Under the pieces are notes generated by a model that searched no databases, was not told the origin of the DNA, and worked only from the letters and a program-made list of their open reading frames with translations. Below are positions 1 to 10,383 of a stretch of 64,000 bases of DNA, piece after piece. How positions within the stretch are numbered: position 1 is the stretch's first letter; every line of letters starts with the position of its first letter. Source of the DNA: a virus (taxonomy: Duplodnaviria > Heunggongvirae > Uroviricota > Caudoviricetes); IMG/VR virus record IMGVR_UViG_2740892119_000002; one strand, written 5' to 3'. The position numbers and the translations under genes are program-made.

Positions 1-84
1 CCGTTGGAGGTGTGGCTGATGGCCATGGAACAGGTACACCAACGGGCAGCGCCGAGCCTTCTCCTAAACCAACGTTTTTATGCC
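1..84 (-). repeat. Conserved 5' segment of a second tail-fibre variable cassette, truncated by the window edge
   Basis: About 88% identical over ~80 bp to 488..566 in the same orientation; an extra T relative to copy B creates the stop of the 78..554 cassette and changes the frame. Confidence 0.5.
59..84. other. Candidate cix/hix-type crossover site A (26 bp, AA core)
   Basis: TTCTCCTAAACC-AA-CGTTTTTATGCC resembles the Hin-family site TTCTTGAAAACCAAGGTTTTTGATAA (recalled); lies at the cassette boundary. Confidence 0.45.
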
Positions 85-554
85 GCCCTTACGATGTAAT
101 TAAATGCGATATTTCGTGGACGGGTTTCACTCCCGCCAGTATTACCAATACTCCCTCGAGAATGAAGTGTCGGTGATGGAATCAAATTCCCTCCTGTATT
201 TGAGGCATCAAGCCCCCGTCCTTGTGTGTATGTTTTTTTGAAAATTGTCGCCAGCTCCCATTCATCTTTTGTGTCGTAACCATCATTGGCTACAACAATA
301 TGTCGGTGCTTTTCCAGCATTCCTGTCTGAATGCTCAATAAAGCACGTCCCGCATCCACCCCGCGCCCATCATCCCAGCCGCGAATAAATTCTCCCCGTA
401 AATCCGGTAATTTATTGGTGGGATAAGCCTTTGCCAGATTTGGGTACTTTTCAGAAGAAAATGCTGCACCATTGCATTTCAGCCACCCCGTTGGTGGTGT
501 GGCTGAGGGCCACGGAACAGGGACACCAACAGGCAATGCAGAGCCTTCCCCCAA
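78..554 (-). CDS. Tail-fibre C-terminal variable cassette (Sv'-type, no independent start)
   Basis: 158-codon ORF beginning at a crossover-like site right next to cin, with an in-frame stop just upstream; track start is a TTG; silent-orientation cassette as in Mu/P1 invertible segments. Confidence 0.65.
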   Translation of the reverse strand: MGEGSALPVGVPVPWPSATPPTGWLKCNGAAFSSEKYPNLAKAYPTNKLPDLRGEFIRGWDDGRGVDAGRALLSIQTGMLEKHRHIVVANDGYDTKDEWELATIFKKTYTQGRGLDASNTGGNLIPSPTLHSRGSIGNTGGSETRPRNIAFNYIVRAA

Positions 555-571
555 ACCAACGTTTTAGTCTT
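546..571. other. Candidate cix/hix-type crossover site B
   Basis: TTCCCCCAAACC-AA-CGTTTTAGTCTT; same codon phase through the AA core as site A; about 45 bp from the cin start. Confidence 0.45.
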
Positions 572-625
572 AATCCCTACCTATACCAACGATGTATTTT
601 TAACTAAACAAAGAGGTTGTTTTTC

Positions 626-1198
626 ATGCAAATTGGCTACATTCGTGTGTCAACAAATGACCAAAACACAGATTTACAAAGAAATGCACTGAACTGCGCA
701 GGATGTGAACTGATTTTTGAAGATAAAATAAGCGGAACAAAGTCAGCCAGACCAGGCTTGAAAAAGCTGCTCAGAACGTTATCAGAAGGAGATACGCTGG
801 TTGTCTGGAAGCTGGATAGGCTTGGCAGAAGTATGAAACACCTTATCACGCTTATAGAGGAGTTGCGGGAAAAAGGTGTTAATTTCCGTAGTCTGACAGA
901 CAGTATTGACACATCAACACCCATGGGGCGTTTCTTTTTTCACGTCATGGGGGCTTTAGCAGAAATGGAACGTGAATTAATTGTTGAGAGAACACTGGCC
1001 GGACTGGCAGCTGCACGCGAACAGGGACGCATTGGCGGACGTCGCCCGAAGTTGACAAAAGAACAACATGAGCAAATAGCGAGGTTGATCGAAAATGGCT
1101 ACAGCAGGAAACAGTTGGCAATTATTTACGATATCGGTGTATCGACGATTTATCGTTATCATCCTGTAGAGAAGCGCCAAACTCAATCTGAGCTGTAA
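626..1198 (+). CDS. cin: Serine DNA invertase (Cin/Hin/Gin/Min family)
   Basis: MQIGYIRVSTNDQ...VVWKLDRLGRS...MGRFFFHVMGALAEMERELI; AAGAGG SD 9 nt before the ATG at 626; track start 617 is a TTG. Confidence 0.95.
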   Translation: MQIGYIRVSTNDQNTDLQRNALNCAGCELIFEDKISGTKSARPGLKKLLRTLSEGDTLVVWKLDRLGRSMKHLITLIEELREKGVNFRSLTDSIDTSTPMGRFFFHVMGALAEMERELIVERTLAGLAAAREQGRIGGRRPKLTKEQHEQIARLIENGYSRKQLAIIYDIGVSTIYRYHPVEKRQTQSEL

Positions 1199-1633
1199 TT
1201 CTAATGCCGCGTCGGTGTAATTTATCTTGATAGAATAGGTACATTTATCGCGCGGCACATCAATTCGATGTATCTAGCGCCTGCTGGCCGCTAATGAAAA
1301 CTGTTCTCGAAATGTTGTCCCTAGTCCGAGACTAGGGTATCACCTCTGGAAAGCATACGCAGAACCTTTTTTAACCCAGGGTGCCCAGCTTTTTTGCTGC
1401 TCGCCTTATTCGCAAAAATTAGCTCACATCCTGCGCTTTCAAGTGCTTTTCACTGCATAGCTGTGTTTTGTTCATTTGTCTATATGCGTACATAGCCTAT
1501 TAGCATATTTTCTGCCCACTATCGTTATTTATTGCAAGCTACAGGTTTTAATTAACAAAACCAGTGTGTGTGGAAATCACAAAGTGCATACCGTTCTCAA
1601 ATGTTGTTCAACTTACTGTTGTATAGGTAAAAA

Positions 1634-1897
1634 ATGACATTTTATGTACATATCGTGATGTTATCCCTTCTTGGTGGGGTGTATTCGTATTTGAGTGGGC
1701 TATGTGAAAACCGTTACGAGTCTTCATGCAAGAAATTGCTGGCCGAATGTATTTCCGCCGTACTTGCTGGCTTTATTGGCATGTATCTCGCGGAATATAA
1801 GGACATGAATGAAAGCCTTCAGAGCTGCATGGTTCTTATTTTCAGCGCCAATAGCAGGCTTATTATTGAAGGTTCCAAAAGTCGGTTGAATAGATAA
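1634..1897 (+). CDS. Small membrane protein, holin-like (position of P1 lydC)
   Basis: 87 aa with hydrophobic segments; ATG start; sits ahead of the lydA/lydB pair. Confidence 0.45.
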   Translation: MTFYVHIVMLSLLGGVYSYLSGLCENRYESSCKKLLAECISAVLAGFIGMYLAEYKDMNESLQSCMVLIFSANSRLIIEGSKSRLNR

Positions 1898-1971
1898 GTC
1901 TCTTATGCAACATAACCGGTTGAGAAGTTACTTTGCATACCATTACCTCCTGACAACGTAGGAGGGAACTT

Positions 1972-2301
1972 GTGCTTGACACACAGGAATTAGCTCCAGT
2001 TGCTATTGCGCTCCTGCTTTCAGTAATTGGTGGGATAGGCACGTTCCTGATGGATGTCCGAGACGGTCGCCAGTCTGGCAATTTGTTGGGATTGGTTACG
2101 GAGATCTTTGTTGCAGTGACAGCTGGCGCGGTGGCGTACCTATTGGGGCAACACGAGGGCTGGGAGTTATCAATTACGTACTTAATGGTAACGATAGCCA
2201 GCAATAACGGTCATGAGGTGATTTCAGGGATGAAACGAGTGAATATCGATAGCATTCTGAATGTTCTTACAAGTTTGGTGAAAAAGGGAGGCGGGAAATG
2301 A
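1972..2301 (+). CDS. lydA: Holin (LydA-like)
   Basis: 109 aa, hydrophobic helices; GTG start 5 nt after GGAGGG; stop overlaps the next start (ATGA). Confidence 0.6.
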   Translation: MLDTQELAPVAIALLLSVIGGIGTFLMDVRDGRQSGNLLGLVTEIFVAVTAGAVAYLLGQHEGWELSITYLMVTIASNNGHEVISGMKRVNIDSILNVLTSLVKKGGGK

Positions 2302-2741
2302 TTGGCTGGGGTGTATGCGTTCTTGCGTTAGCTTTAGCCGATCGCTATTTGCTAAAACGCAAGGACATCACGCATTTAGAACTTGGTGATGTGGAAATTA
2401 AACCGGGTTTCATCCGGGTGCCGTTCAAATACCGGTCTAAATTCCCGTTTTTGCGCGGCGCAACGGTCAGATATTGGATCCGCGATGTTCAGAAGCCGAC
2501 GACAGTGATTGAAGGCGAACAACGTTGTTTGACGTCGGCTGAACAGGGCGAAAACAGTGAATGGTTGTACATACCCACTGAATATATGGGTAAAGGAGAG
2601 CGACTGTGGCATTTCAACGTCATGGTTACGCATGGCGACTCGTTCATTAACCCGTTGTATCGGATTTTCCCTGTTACTCAGCAAATCCGCAGAAGTTACG
2701 TAATAAATCTCGCACAGGATGTGTCAGATGACGAAAAATAA
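2298..2741 (+). CDS. lydB: LydB-like lysis regulator (antiholin)
   Basis: 147 aa, translationally coupled to lydA; position as in P1. Confidence 0.55.
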   Translation: MIGWGVCVLALALADRYLLKRKDITHLELGDVEIKPGFIRVPFKYRSKFPFLRGATVRYWIRDVQKPTTVIEGEQRCLTSAEQGENSEWLYIPTEYMGKGERLWHFNVMVTHGDSFINPLYRIFPVTQQIRRSYVINLAQDVSDDEK

Positions 2742-3330
2742 GTATGCAACGGTCGATTTTGACCAGGTTAATGAAAAGGGGCTGAAATCCCTTATCGCGG
2801 CGATCAATAAAACCGGTGTTACGGTAATTGAGGTTGACTCCAGCAACCGCGCAACAACGAAAGATGGCGTTAAAGTTAAAACCGCAAAGCTGGTTCTTAA
2901 CGACGGACAAATTCTTGCCATACAGGTAAACGATACTGGCGATATATCGTCTGTGAGGCTGAATGGAAAAGCTATTCCTAACGCTCAGTCGCCGGATATC
3001 AAGACGCTTGGTACCGTCATGGGGCAAGCGGCCCGCAAAAACTCCGCAAAATTCCAGAAATCACTGATCGCCAAAGCGAAACGTGTTGCCAATCCGGTAG
3101 ACAAGAAACCGGCAGTAAAATCCAACTTTCAGCGCCTGCAAGAGGCAAAACAGCGGAATGCTCAGGTGGTTGCCGCTTATAAATCAGCGCAGAACTCGGT
3201 GTCTTTCAATCAACAGCAGATCACTGATTTGCGGGCGAAGCTGGATAAGGAGACAGGCCGACTCAATAACGAAAAGGCCCGAAATGGCGAACTCAAACGC
3301 CGTCTTAAGCAACTGAAAGCAGGAAATTAA
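2728..3330 (+). CDS. hdf: Hdf-like Dar-system protein
   Basis: Coiled-coil-rich ORF directly ahead of darA; AGGA before the ATG at 2728 (track start 2719 is an alternative ATG). Confidence 0.55.
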   Translation: MTKNKYATVDFDQVNEKGLKSLIAAINKTGVTVIEVDSSNRATTKDGVKVKTAKLVLNDGQILAIQVNDTGDISSVRLNGKAIPNAQSPDIKTLGTVMGQAARKNSAKFQKSLIAKAKRVANPVDKKPAVKSNFQRLQEAKQRNAQVVAAYKSAQNSVSFNQQQITDLRAKLDKETGRLNNEKARNGELKRRLKQLKAGN

Positions 3331-3331
3331 C

Positions 3332-5251
3332 ATGGAACAGTTCAATATCAATAAAGGGGTGACGATCAAGCCTGGGCTTGACGTGCTTCCCCCGCCAGTG
3401 ACTGATGATGAATATCGCGCATTAATGGCCGGTGAGGACCGCTATCTGATGACGGAATCCAACACCCTGGAGGAAATCGAGGCTACGTTCTTCTATGACA
3501 CGCCGATCCACTGGTGTGCTACGGATTTACTGGAGGCGATTAGTTCTACTCGTTTGCAGTTACACCGGACCATGCAGGCATTTGTCCGGGCATTGAACCA
3601 GAAGCTGAATGGTACCGGAATCTCTGCGGGGAGTGATAAAACGGGGGATGTGGCCCAGAGCGGCGCGCGCGCGATCGGCGGCGCTGAAATTGGCCGGGCA
3701 CGTAACGTTAACGGGCTGCCGGTCTTGCCAGCCATTATTCCGCTCAGTGATGGTCAGACTATCAGCATTCTGTTTCATAGCCCGACAGCGGAAAACCGGA
3801 TCACCAATAGCGATACGCTGGTTGCTTTCCAGTTCTTACTGAATAAAAAAGACGTTACTCACACCGTTGCTCCGATGAGTGGACGTGATATGACGCTGGC
3901 GCAGGTCACCATGAAACTTGCCAACCTTGCAGAGAAAAACTCGGCAAAATTCCAGCGTGCGCAGAAGAAGAAAAAAGCCCTTGTTGATGAAATAACCCAA
4001 CTACAGGCTGACAGTGACCAGAAAGAGGATGCCATGAGCGACCTCGCGGATCAGGTGGCAGCGGTAGAAGGGCAGAAGGCAGATCTGGAGCAGAAAATTA
4101 ACGCTGTTGCATCGGAAGCGGATTCTCTTTATGAAGAGAATGAGCGTTTGCAGACGGAGATTGATCAGCTCAATCGCACTGGTGGGCGCGATACCATTGC
4201 TCCAGCGGGGATGACTGGTGGGCACTCTCGCGCGCTGACGGATCGCCTTGCCAGTATCAAAAATCGTATGCATATGGACGGGGAAGTGACGCTCAGTAAT
4301 GGTGCATCAATGAAGCAATTCATTGGGGGCGGCGAAGGGTATATCCAGTTAACCGATCCGGATGGCAGCGTATACATGATCAAGGCTAAATCCATACAGG
4401 GTGTGGACATGGCAGATGCGATCGGCAAGCTGTTTAAAGCCTATAAAGCGGGTAATGTATCGGAATACCTGGTCCAACCAGAAGAACATAAACCGGAAAA
4501 CGTCGAACCTGAACCAGCGGAGGATGCCGGTAGCTCTTCGCCTGAACCAGAAGTCTCTGTAGGTGCATATCGATATGCCCTGCAAATGCGTCCGGCGGCC
4601 CCTGGCGCAATACCTGAAGGTAACAAAGCAATTCTGCCGCGCCCTGATGAAGGTGACCCGTATTATGAATATGCACGCTACGGCATTGCTACTTACGATA
4701 CCCCGCTTTCTGATCAGCAAATGAATGAGTACGACCTGAAGTTATTGCCTCGCGAGGATTCTTTCGACTTCCTGGCGAAGACACTTACTAATGGTCCGTT
4801 TGGCAAATATGCACAAAAAGCTCTGGAGCTGGCCACCAGCTCACCAGACGAGTTCCGCGTAATGCTGAAAACTCAGTTTCAAAAAACTTTCCCCAATATT
4901 GCGTTTCCTGGGGGCGCTGGCACCGAGAAAATGGTGCAGAGCATGATCAATGCATTGCAGGCCGAAGTCGGTGAGATTCCTCAGCCAGAACCGGCCCCGG
5001 CACAGCCTGATGAAACGGTTAGCGAAGCAGATGCAGAGGCTAATAAAGCCATTGAATATCTCAATAACGTGATGGATATACAAAGCACTGACATGGCGGA
5101 GATCCGTAACGCCCGGGGCAATGTCCGGGAAGCGATTGCAGCCCTTCAGGCTGCCGGACGTTTTGAGGAAAACGAAGAGCTGGTTAACGGCGCAGCTCGC
5201 CACCTGGCTGATCTGTTGGTAGCAATCCAGAAAGCGGGGGTAGCGGCATGA
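3332..5251 (+). CDS. darA: DarA antirestriction/capsid protein
   Basis: 639 aa, the size and position of P1 DarA as recalled; AGGAAA SD. Confidence 0.8.
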   Translation: MEQFNINKGVTIKPGLDVLPPPVTDDEYRALMAGEDRYLMTESNTLEEIEATFFYDTPIHWCATDLLEAISSTRLQLHRTMQAFVRALNQKLNGTGISAGSDKTGDVAQSGARAIGGAEIGRARNVNGLPVLPAIIPLSDGQTISILFHSPTAENRITNSDTLVAFQFLLNKKDVTHTVAPMSGRDMTLAQVTMKLANLAEKNSAKFQRAQKKKKALVDEITQLQADSDQKEDAMSDLADQVAAVEGQKADLEQKINAVASEADSLYEENERLQTEIDQLNRTGGRDTIAPAGMTGGHSRALTDRLASIKNRMHMDGEVTLSNGASMKQFIGGGEGYIQLTDPDGSVYMIKAKSIQGVDMADAIGKLFKAYKAGNVSEYLVQPEEHKPENVEPEPAEDAGSSSPEPEVSVGAYRYALQMRPAAPGAIPEGNKAILPRPDEGDPYYEYARYGIATYDTPLSDQQMNEYDLKLLPREDSFDFLAKTLTNGPFGKYAQKALELATSSPDEFRVMLKTQFQKTFPNIAFPGGAGTEKMVQSMINALQAEVGEIPQPEPAPAQPDETVSEADAEANKAIEYLNNVMDIQSTDMAEIRNARGNVREAIAALQAAGRFEENEELVNGAARHLADLLVAIQKAGVAA

Positions 5252-5613
5252 CACTATCAGCTATTCAGTTAATGGATCTCAGCGATAAGTTGGATGCTCT
5301 GATGTCCAAAGCGGCTACCGCGAGTGGCATGGAGTTGCTGGATATCAGCGATGAAATTGACCAGATCATGCAACAGATGGGGTACGGCGCGTCCGGCGGT
5401 GGTAGTGGCGAGGAAAAACAACCTTCGGAACATGATGGTGTGCCAAAACTGGTTGCTGATTTCCTGGCTGATAAATTCGTCGATCAGAGCACCGATGCAT
5501 TTATCGGTACCTTGCAGGATTTGAGTCAATATGTTGGCACATACATCGACCTGGACCAGGTTAAACAGCACACTGCGGCATGGATAGCCGCCAACATTAA
5601 AGAGGCAGCATAA
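5248..5613 (+). CDS. ddrA: DdrA-like small protein
   Basis: 121 aa; ATG overlaps the darA stop. Confidence 0.65.
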   Translation: MTLSAIQLMDLSDKLDALMSKAATASGMELLDISDEIDQIMQQMGYGASGGGSGEEKQPSEHDGVPKLVADFLADKFVDQSTDAFIGTLQDLSQYVGTYIDLDQVKQHTAAWIAANIKEAA

Positions 5614-5625
5614 GGCGTAACAGGG

Positions 5626-8613
5626 ATGAGCTTAAGCGATCAGGTGGTAATGGCCACCAGCATAGAAACGCTGATCGAGCTGCTAAAGAACCTGCCCGAT
5701 TATGGGCGGGTTTCGTATGTGGTGACAGCGAAGGGAGACGAGGTAAAAACAGCGTTTGATATCGTCGATGCCTCAGCTCTTTTGGTATCCAATACTCTGG
5801 ATGGGAAAATTAATCCTGACTATCCCCAGGAACTTCAGCCGCGCGACCGGACCCGCGCATCCAGCCTTCTTCAGGTTAACCAGATATCCAAAGATTTGCG
5901 GCCAGCTCAGCTTACTGATTCCGGTTTATCCAGCCATGGTGCGCCAATAATTGGTGAGGACAATGCCGTTGAGTCAGGTAATGGGCGGACCATGGGGATC
6001 ATTAAAGCCTATCAGGACGGTAATGCGGATCGGTATCGGGAGTACCTGATTGAACATGCGACCGAATTCGGCATACGGCCTGAAAAGGTTGAATCAATGA
6101 CGGCTCCGGTACTGGTGCGCCGCCGGTTAACGAAGGTTGACCGTGTTCAGTTTGCCAAGGACTCAAATATTTCTGATCTCCAGGAAATGGCAGCCAGTGA
6201 AAAGGCTTTTGTTGATGCCGACAGCATAACACCGGCGATGATGGCGTTGTTTAACCCGTCAGAAAGTGGAGATCTGCTTAGCCGCAGTAATGACGCGTTT
6301 ATTCGCGGATTTATGACGCAAGTTGGTGCCACACAGGCGGCTGGCCTTGTAACTGAAGATGGGCGACCAACACGGCAACTTGTAGACCGTATACAAAACG
6401 CGATCTTTGCCAAGGCATATAAGGATGCGCGCCTGGTAAGGATGGTTGCAGAAGAACCTGATCCGGATATGCGTAATGTTCTGACGGCGCTTAATGCGGC
6501 AGCCAATGATTTTGTCCAGATGCAGGCTTTATCAGGAGAAGCGCACAAGCAGGCTGTGACAACTATTGTTGATGGCATTGAGACAGCGGATAGCCTCGAT
6601 AAAAAGGCGCTGGCGGCATTGAAAGATGCGGTAGACCTGGTAAGGCAATCGAAGGAGTCAGGCCAGCATATTACCGATGTTATTGCTCAGGGGGATATGT
6701 TCAGCGAAACGGCCCCGGAAGTGAAAGCACTCGCGTTGTTCATCGTCGCGAATAACCGTAGCGCGAAGCGTATGGCCACCGCCTTTAAGTTGATGGCTCA
6801 ACGTATCAATGATGAGTTACAGCACCAGGGCCAGGCGCTGGGGGATATGTTTGGCGGCGGCGATGTGTCGTTACAGGATATCCTTCGCCAGGTGTCTCAG
6901 GAACTGGAAAACGAAGGCATGCAAGGGATATCCGGCGGTCTTTTCGAGTCCGTTTCCGGCGGTAGTTACAACGGTGTTGCTCCGTATACCAGTTTGCTAT
7001 TACATCGGGCATCCGGCATCAAAGACATTATTCATCTGATCAGGCTGCTTTCCCGCACAGATCCCCAGGATGAACAGCTTGTACAAGTGCTTGCGCATTT
7101 TGTTCGAATGCCTGTTGCCGACGTGAAAAAATGGTGCCGATTATTCGGTATCAGCAATTCGTTACTTCGCGGCTTGTTAAATCACGCATCCTCCCTTGGG
7201 CGCGATGGCTTTGACGAGATAGCGCAGGCGATAAAAAACGGAGATATGCCACCAGCTATTGACTGGTTTTCCATTCGCCCAACCAGGGTGAAAGCATTCC
7301 TTAGCGCGGCGCATTCGGCATCACCATTGGCAGAAATGGTTCAGAGGTTGTCGCTCATATTCACAGACCATACCGCGTTGGGTGATCTGACTCTGGACGA
7401 GATGAAAGAAGCCTCCATTCAGTGGGCCGATCAACAAAATGAGGTTAACTCAGACTTCTTGCCAGCATTCAGGAAGGCCGTTAGTAAAGCGGATGATGCC
7501 CGTGGAATTCTGAAGGCATTTAAGGCATTGCAAAGTCGTGTTAATAAACATGTCGGTGATATCGATGGGGTAACGGCGGAAGGCCGGGATATTCTTAAAG
7601 AGCACGGCATAACGCCAGAGTTTATTGATGAGATCAGGACTGATATGCAGCGTGAGGTCGTATCGTCCCTGCAAATCGTAGCCAGAGCGTTGGCGGATGC
7701 TAATCCGAAGAGTGCGGCCATTGTTAACCGGGTTATTGGTGATATTGAAGCATCGGAGGGCATGGGGGCGCTGAAACTCTTCCTTTCGCGAGCGTTTAAT
7801 CCTAACGGCAATATTCTCCCTGGCATTATTGGTGAGGCTAAAAAGTATGTCAGTGAAGAAGAACTTGAGCAGCTTGACCAACTACTTAAGCGATTCTCAT
7901 ATAACCCGCAGATACGCTGGCAAATGAATCAGCGAAGTATGGGTTCGGTCCACGAGAAAGTGTTATCTGCCATGAACAGTGCGATCGCAAACTCATCCGT
8001 ATCTGAAGAAAAAGCTCTTGAGTGGGCCGACTCTTTTATCACAGAAGAAGTGGAAGAAGTCCGCGCTGGACAGAATGGTGGGATAGACCTGCGCAAGGAA
8101 CTTGCTGATATTTATCGCCTGACCGGCGGGAAAATATCGACCTTATCAAAGGTAGTTCACCACCAGGGAAGGGCATATGCAAATCTTAATGGTGTTGTTG
8201 CTGTCAATTTGAACGATGAAAATGCAAGTGCACTGTGGCACGAGCTGGGTCATCATCTTGAGTACAGTAACCCTGGTTTGTTAGAGAAAGCCCGGTCATT
8301 CCTGAAGGCCAATGTTGAAGGGGATAAGCCATCTTTCGTCAATATCGGTGGGCGTGGCAAGCCTGAATGGTGCTTCAGATCTCGATTGAGTAATATTTAT
8401 ATGGCGAAGGTATACCCGCCAGCCTCAGTAAGTAACACCGGGAAAATTCGGCAGAAATCACCGACTATTTCCAAAACGTCAGCAACGGAAGTATTCTCTA
8501 TGGCTCTTCAGTTGTATCATGACAAAGAGGCCGCTGCCGCATCACTGATGAATGGTGACGGATTGCTGGAACTGTTATTAGGTGTGGCAAAGGAGCTAAA
8601 TAATGCAGATTAA
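5626..8613 (+). CDS. ddrB: DdrB-like large Dar-system protein
   Basis: 995 aa; position after ddrA as in the P1 darA operon. Confidence 0.75.
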   Translation: MSLSDQVVMATSIETLIELLKNLPDYGRVSYVVTAKGDEVKTAFDIVDASALLVSNTLDGKINPDYPQELQPRDRTRASSLLQVNQISKDLRPAQLTDSGLSSHGAPIIGEDNAVESGNGRTMGIIKAYQDGNADRYREYLIEHATEFGIRPEKVESMTAPVLVRRRLTKVDRVQFAKDSNISDLQEMAASEKAFVDADSITPAMMALFNPSESGDLLSRSNDAFIRGFMTQVGATQAAGLVTEDGRPTRQLVDRIQNAIFAKAYKDARLVRMVAEEPDPDMRNVLTALNAAANDFVQMQALSGEAHKQAVTTIVDGIETADSLDKKALAALKDAVDLVRQSKESGQHITDVIAQGDMFSETAPEVKALALFIVANNRSAKRMATAFKLMAQRINDELQHQGQALGDMFGGGDVSLQDILRQVSQELENEGMQGISGGLFESVSGGSYNGVAPYTSLLLHRASGIKDIIHLIRLLSRTDPQDEQLVQVLAHFVRMPVADVKKWCRLFGISNSLLRGLLNHASSLGRDGFDEIAQAIKNGDMPPAIDWFSIRPTRVKAFLSAAHSASPLAEMVQRLSLIFTDHTALGDLTLDEMKEASIQWADQQNEVNSDFLPAFRKAVSKADDARGILKAFKALQSRVNKHVGDIDGVTAEGRDILKEHGITPEFIDEIRTDMQREVVSSLQIVARALADANPKSAAIVNRVIGDIEASEGMGALKLFLSRAFNPNGNILPGIIGEAKKYVSEEELEQLDQLLKRFSYNPQIRWQMNQRSMGSVHEKVLSAMNSAIANSSVSEEKALEWADSFITEEVEEVRAGQNGGIDLRKELADIYRLTGGKISTLSKVVHHQGRAYANLNGVVAVNLNDENASALWHELGHHLEYSNPGLLEKARSFLKANVEGDKPSFVNIGGRGKPEWCFRSRLSNIYMAKVYPPASVSNTGKIRQKSPTISKTSATEVFSMALQLYHDKEAAAASLMNGDGLLELLLGVAKELNNAD

Positions 8614-8914
8614 AATCGCAGCGCCATTAGGTGGAGATGCCATTATCGAATTTGATGATAATGAAGAAGTTTCCGGGCGTTTAAGCATTATCTCCGGTGA
8701 CATTACCGAGGACATGATCGCTGAAGCCATAGCTGGGGCAAATCCCAATAGCTATATGGGATTCGTTAACACCCTTGATGCTCCCGCAAGTGATGTTCTC
8801 CGAACGCTGCATCTTTACGCTGGCTGGTTTGTTGATTGGCCAGCAGTAGATGGTGGCGATGAGGACGACGACGACGATGATTTTGGTGATCATGTAGACC
8901 AGATCGTATATTGA
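8603..8914 (+). CDS. Hypothetical acidic protein
   Basis: 103 aa with a DGGDEDDDDDDF tail; ATG overlaps the ddrB 3' end. Confidence 0.5.
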   Translation: MQIKIAAPLGGDAIIEFDDNEEVSGRLSIISGDITEDMIAEAIAGANPNSYMGFVNTLDAPASDVLRTLHLYAGWFVDWPAVDGGDEDDDDDDFGDHVDQIVY

Positions 8915-8916
8915 AG

Positions 8917-8946
8917 AAATCCCGCCAGTCGGCGGGATTTTTTTTA
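8917..8946. terminator. Bidirectional rho-independent terminator
   Basis: AATCCCGCC-AGTC-GGCGGGATT stem followed by a T8 run, between convergent genes. Confidence 0.7.
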
Positions 8947-9726
8947 ATCGCTTTCCACTTCTTCCGTGGTGTTTTCTTGCAGTTCTGTTAATGCAGCACG
9001 ACATAGGTTCCGGGCATTGGCTATAGCCACACTTTTGACTTCATCCGTCATCGTGCAGGTAATGTACTGATCGAGTTCTTCAGCGCGGATGATGCTTTTG
9101 CCAATCAGAAACTGTATTTGCCAGAGCAGATCGGCATCCATAATCAGAATTTCTGCCGGGCCTTCAGGGCCAGCCGGGAAGGAAACATAAGACTGTTTGC
9201 CCAGGCCGACAACTCGACAACTTGCTTCAAGAATTGCGCGCTTGAGGTCTGACTTTATAACGGAAACAGGTTGATTTTCACCAGTGATTACGCCGTTGAC
9301 ATGGAAAGGCATGTAGCTTGAAATACGCTCCACTTTCCACACGCCAGCAAGCGATCCTTCATGCAGCACAATAGGGGTAACCGCGAGTTTCATCTCACCA
9401 TATAGCTGCTGGCAGATAGCTGGATTGCTGAATACATCTAAAGGCTCACATTCAAACAGCGGCGCAATCTGCATGAGGTCCATCATGGTCATCCCTGGGG
9501 TACGAGCAGTAATGAATCTGCGCATACCAGTATCCATTGCGCTCCAGATTGCTACACCATGCTTTTTGCTCACTTCTTCAGTAAAGCCAAGGTGGCACAT
9601 GATGGTTTTTTCGATAGCCAGATCAGAGATCGAAACCTTTTCGCCAGGCACACCATCATTATTGATGGTCACTTCGACACTCTGACCATTACGCAGGCGG
9701 TATTGAATTGCTTTAGTATTTTCCAC
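8944..9726 (-). CDS. Hypothetical protein
   Basis: 260 aa ORF; GTG start with GGAG upstream. Confidence 0.55.
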   Translation of the reverse strand: MENTKAIQYRLRNGQSVEVTINNDGVPGEKVSISDLAIEKTIMCHLGFTEEVSKKHGVAIWSAMDTGMRRFITARTPGMTMMDLMQIAPLFECEPLDVFSNPAICQQLYGEMKLAVTPIVLHEGSLAGVWKVERISSYMPFHVNGVITGENQPVSVIKSDLKRAILEASCRVVGLGKQSYVSFPAGPEGPAEILIMDADLLWQIQFLIGKSIIRAEELDQYITCTMTDEVKSVAIANARNLCRAALTELQENTTEEVESD

Positions 9727-9732
9727 GTTAAA

Positions 9733-10383
9733 TCACTCCACAACAAACCAGTCACAGGCCAGTAAATCATCCACAGACGGCAACCAAACGCTGTCCATAT
9801 TTTGTGCATCTTTCAATACAAAATGGTCACCATAAGGAACGTGAATGCCGTGTAAATTGACGCTTCCAGCGAGAACTAACCAGCAGAATTGCTTTTCGCC
9901 TTTCCACTCGCGTCGGGCAACTTTCTTGCCTTCCTTCAACCACATTAGCGCATCAGAGAAGTCGGCTGCTTCAAGGTCGATTTCTTCTTGTAGAGTAGCG
10001 ATACCGCCAGCAGAAATAGTTACGTCCCTGGCTGTAATGAATGTCACCCCATTGTGACCTTCAATGCTGAGCGATACCCCATTTTCGAAGAAGTCGTTAG
10101 TCCGACTAAAGCCTTCTTCAAATGTTTTTTCTGGTGAATAGGACAGAGATCCGTCCTCATAAGCGACCAGATATCCGCCAATTTCTGGTCGGTGTTTTTG
10201 CAAAAATATTTTATCAACATGGACTTTTACCCCTTCTGGCTCAACGACTTCGATGTTGCAAAAAAGGACCACATCCATTAGGGCGATAATTTCGATATCT
10301 TTGATTTTTGAGGCGCGAACTGTTTTATGGCTTTTGTATTTTGGAAGTGCCGTCAAAAGCTCTTTCGTTGTCATGTTATTCAT
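9733..10383 (-). CDS. Hypothetical protein
   Basis: Start moved to the internal ATG (MNNMTT...) preceded by AGAGGAAA; the track's longer N-terminus would run into the ssb 3' flank. Confidence 0.55.
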   Translation of the reverse strand: MNNMTTKELLTALPKYKSHKTVRASKIKDIEIIALMDVVLFCNIEVVEPEGVKVHVDKIFLQKHRPEIGGYLVAYEDGSLSYSPEKTFEEGFSRTNDFFENGVSLSIEGHNGVTFITARDVTISAGGIATLQEEIDLEAADFSDALMWLKEGKKVARREWKGEKQFCWLVLAGSVNLHGIHVPYGDHFVLKDAQNMDSVWLPSVDDLLACDWFVVE

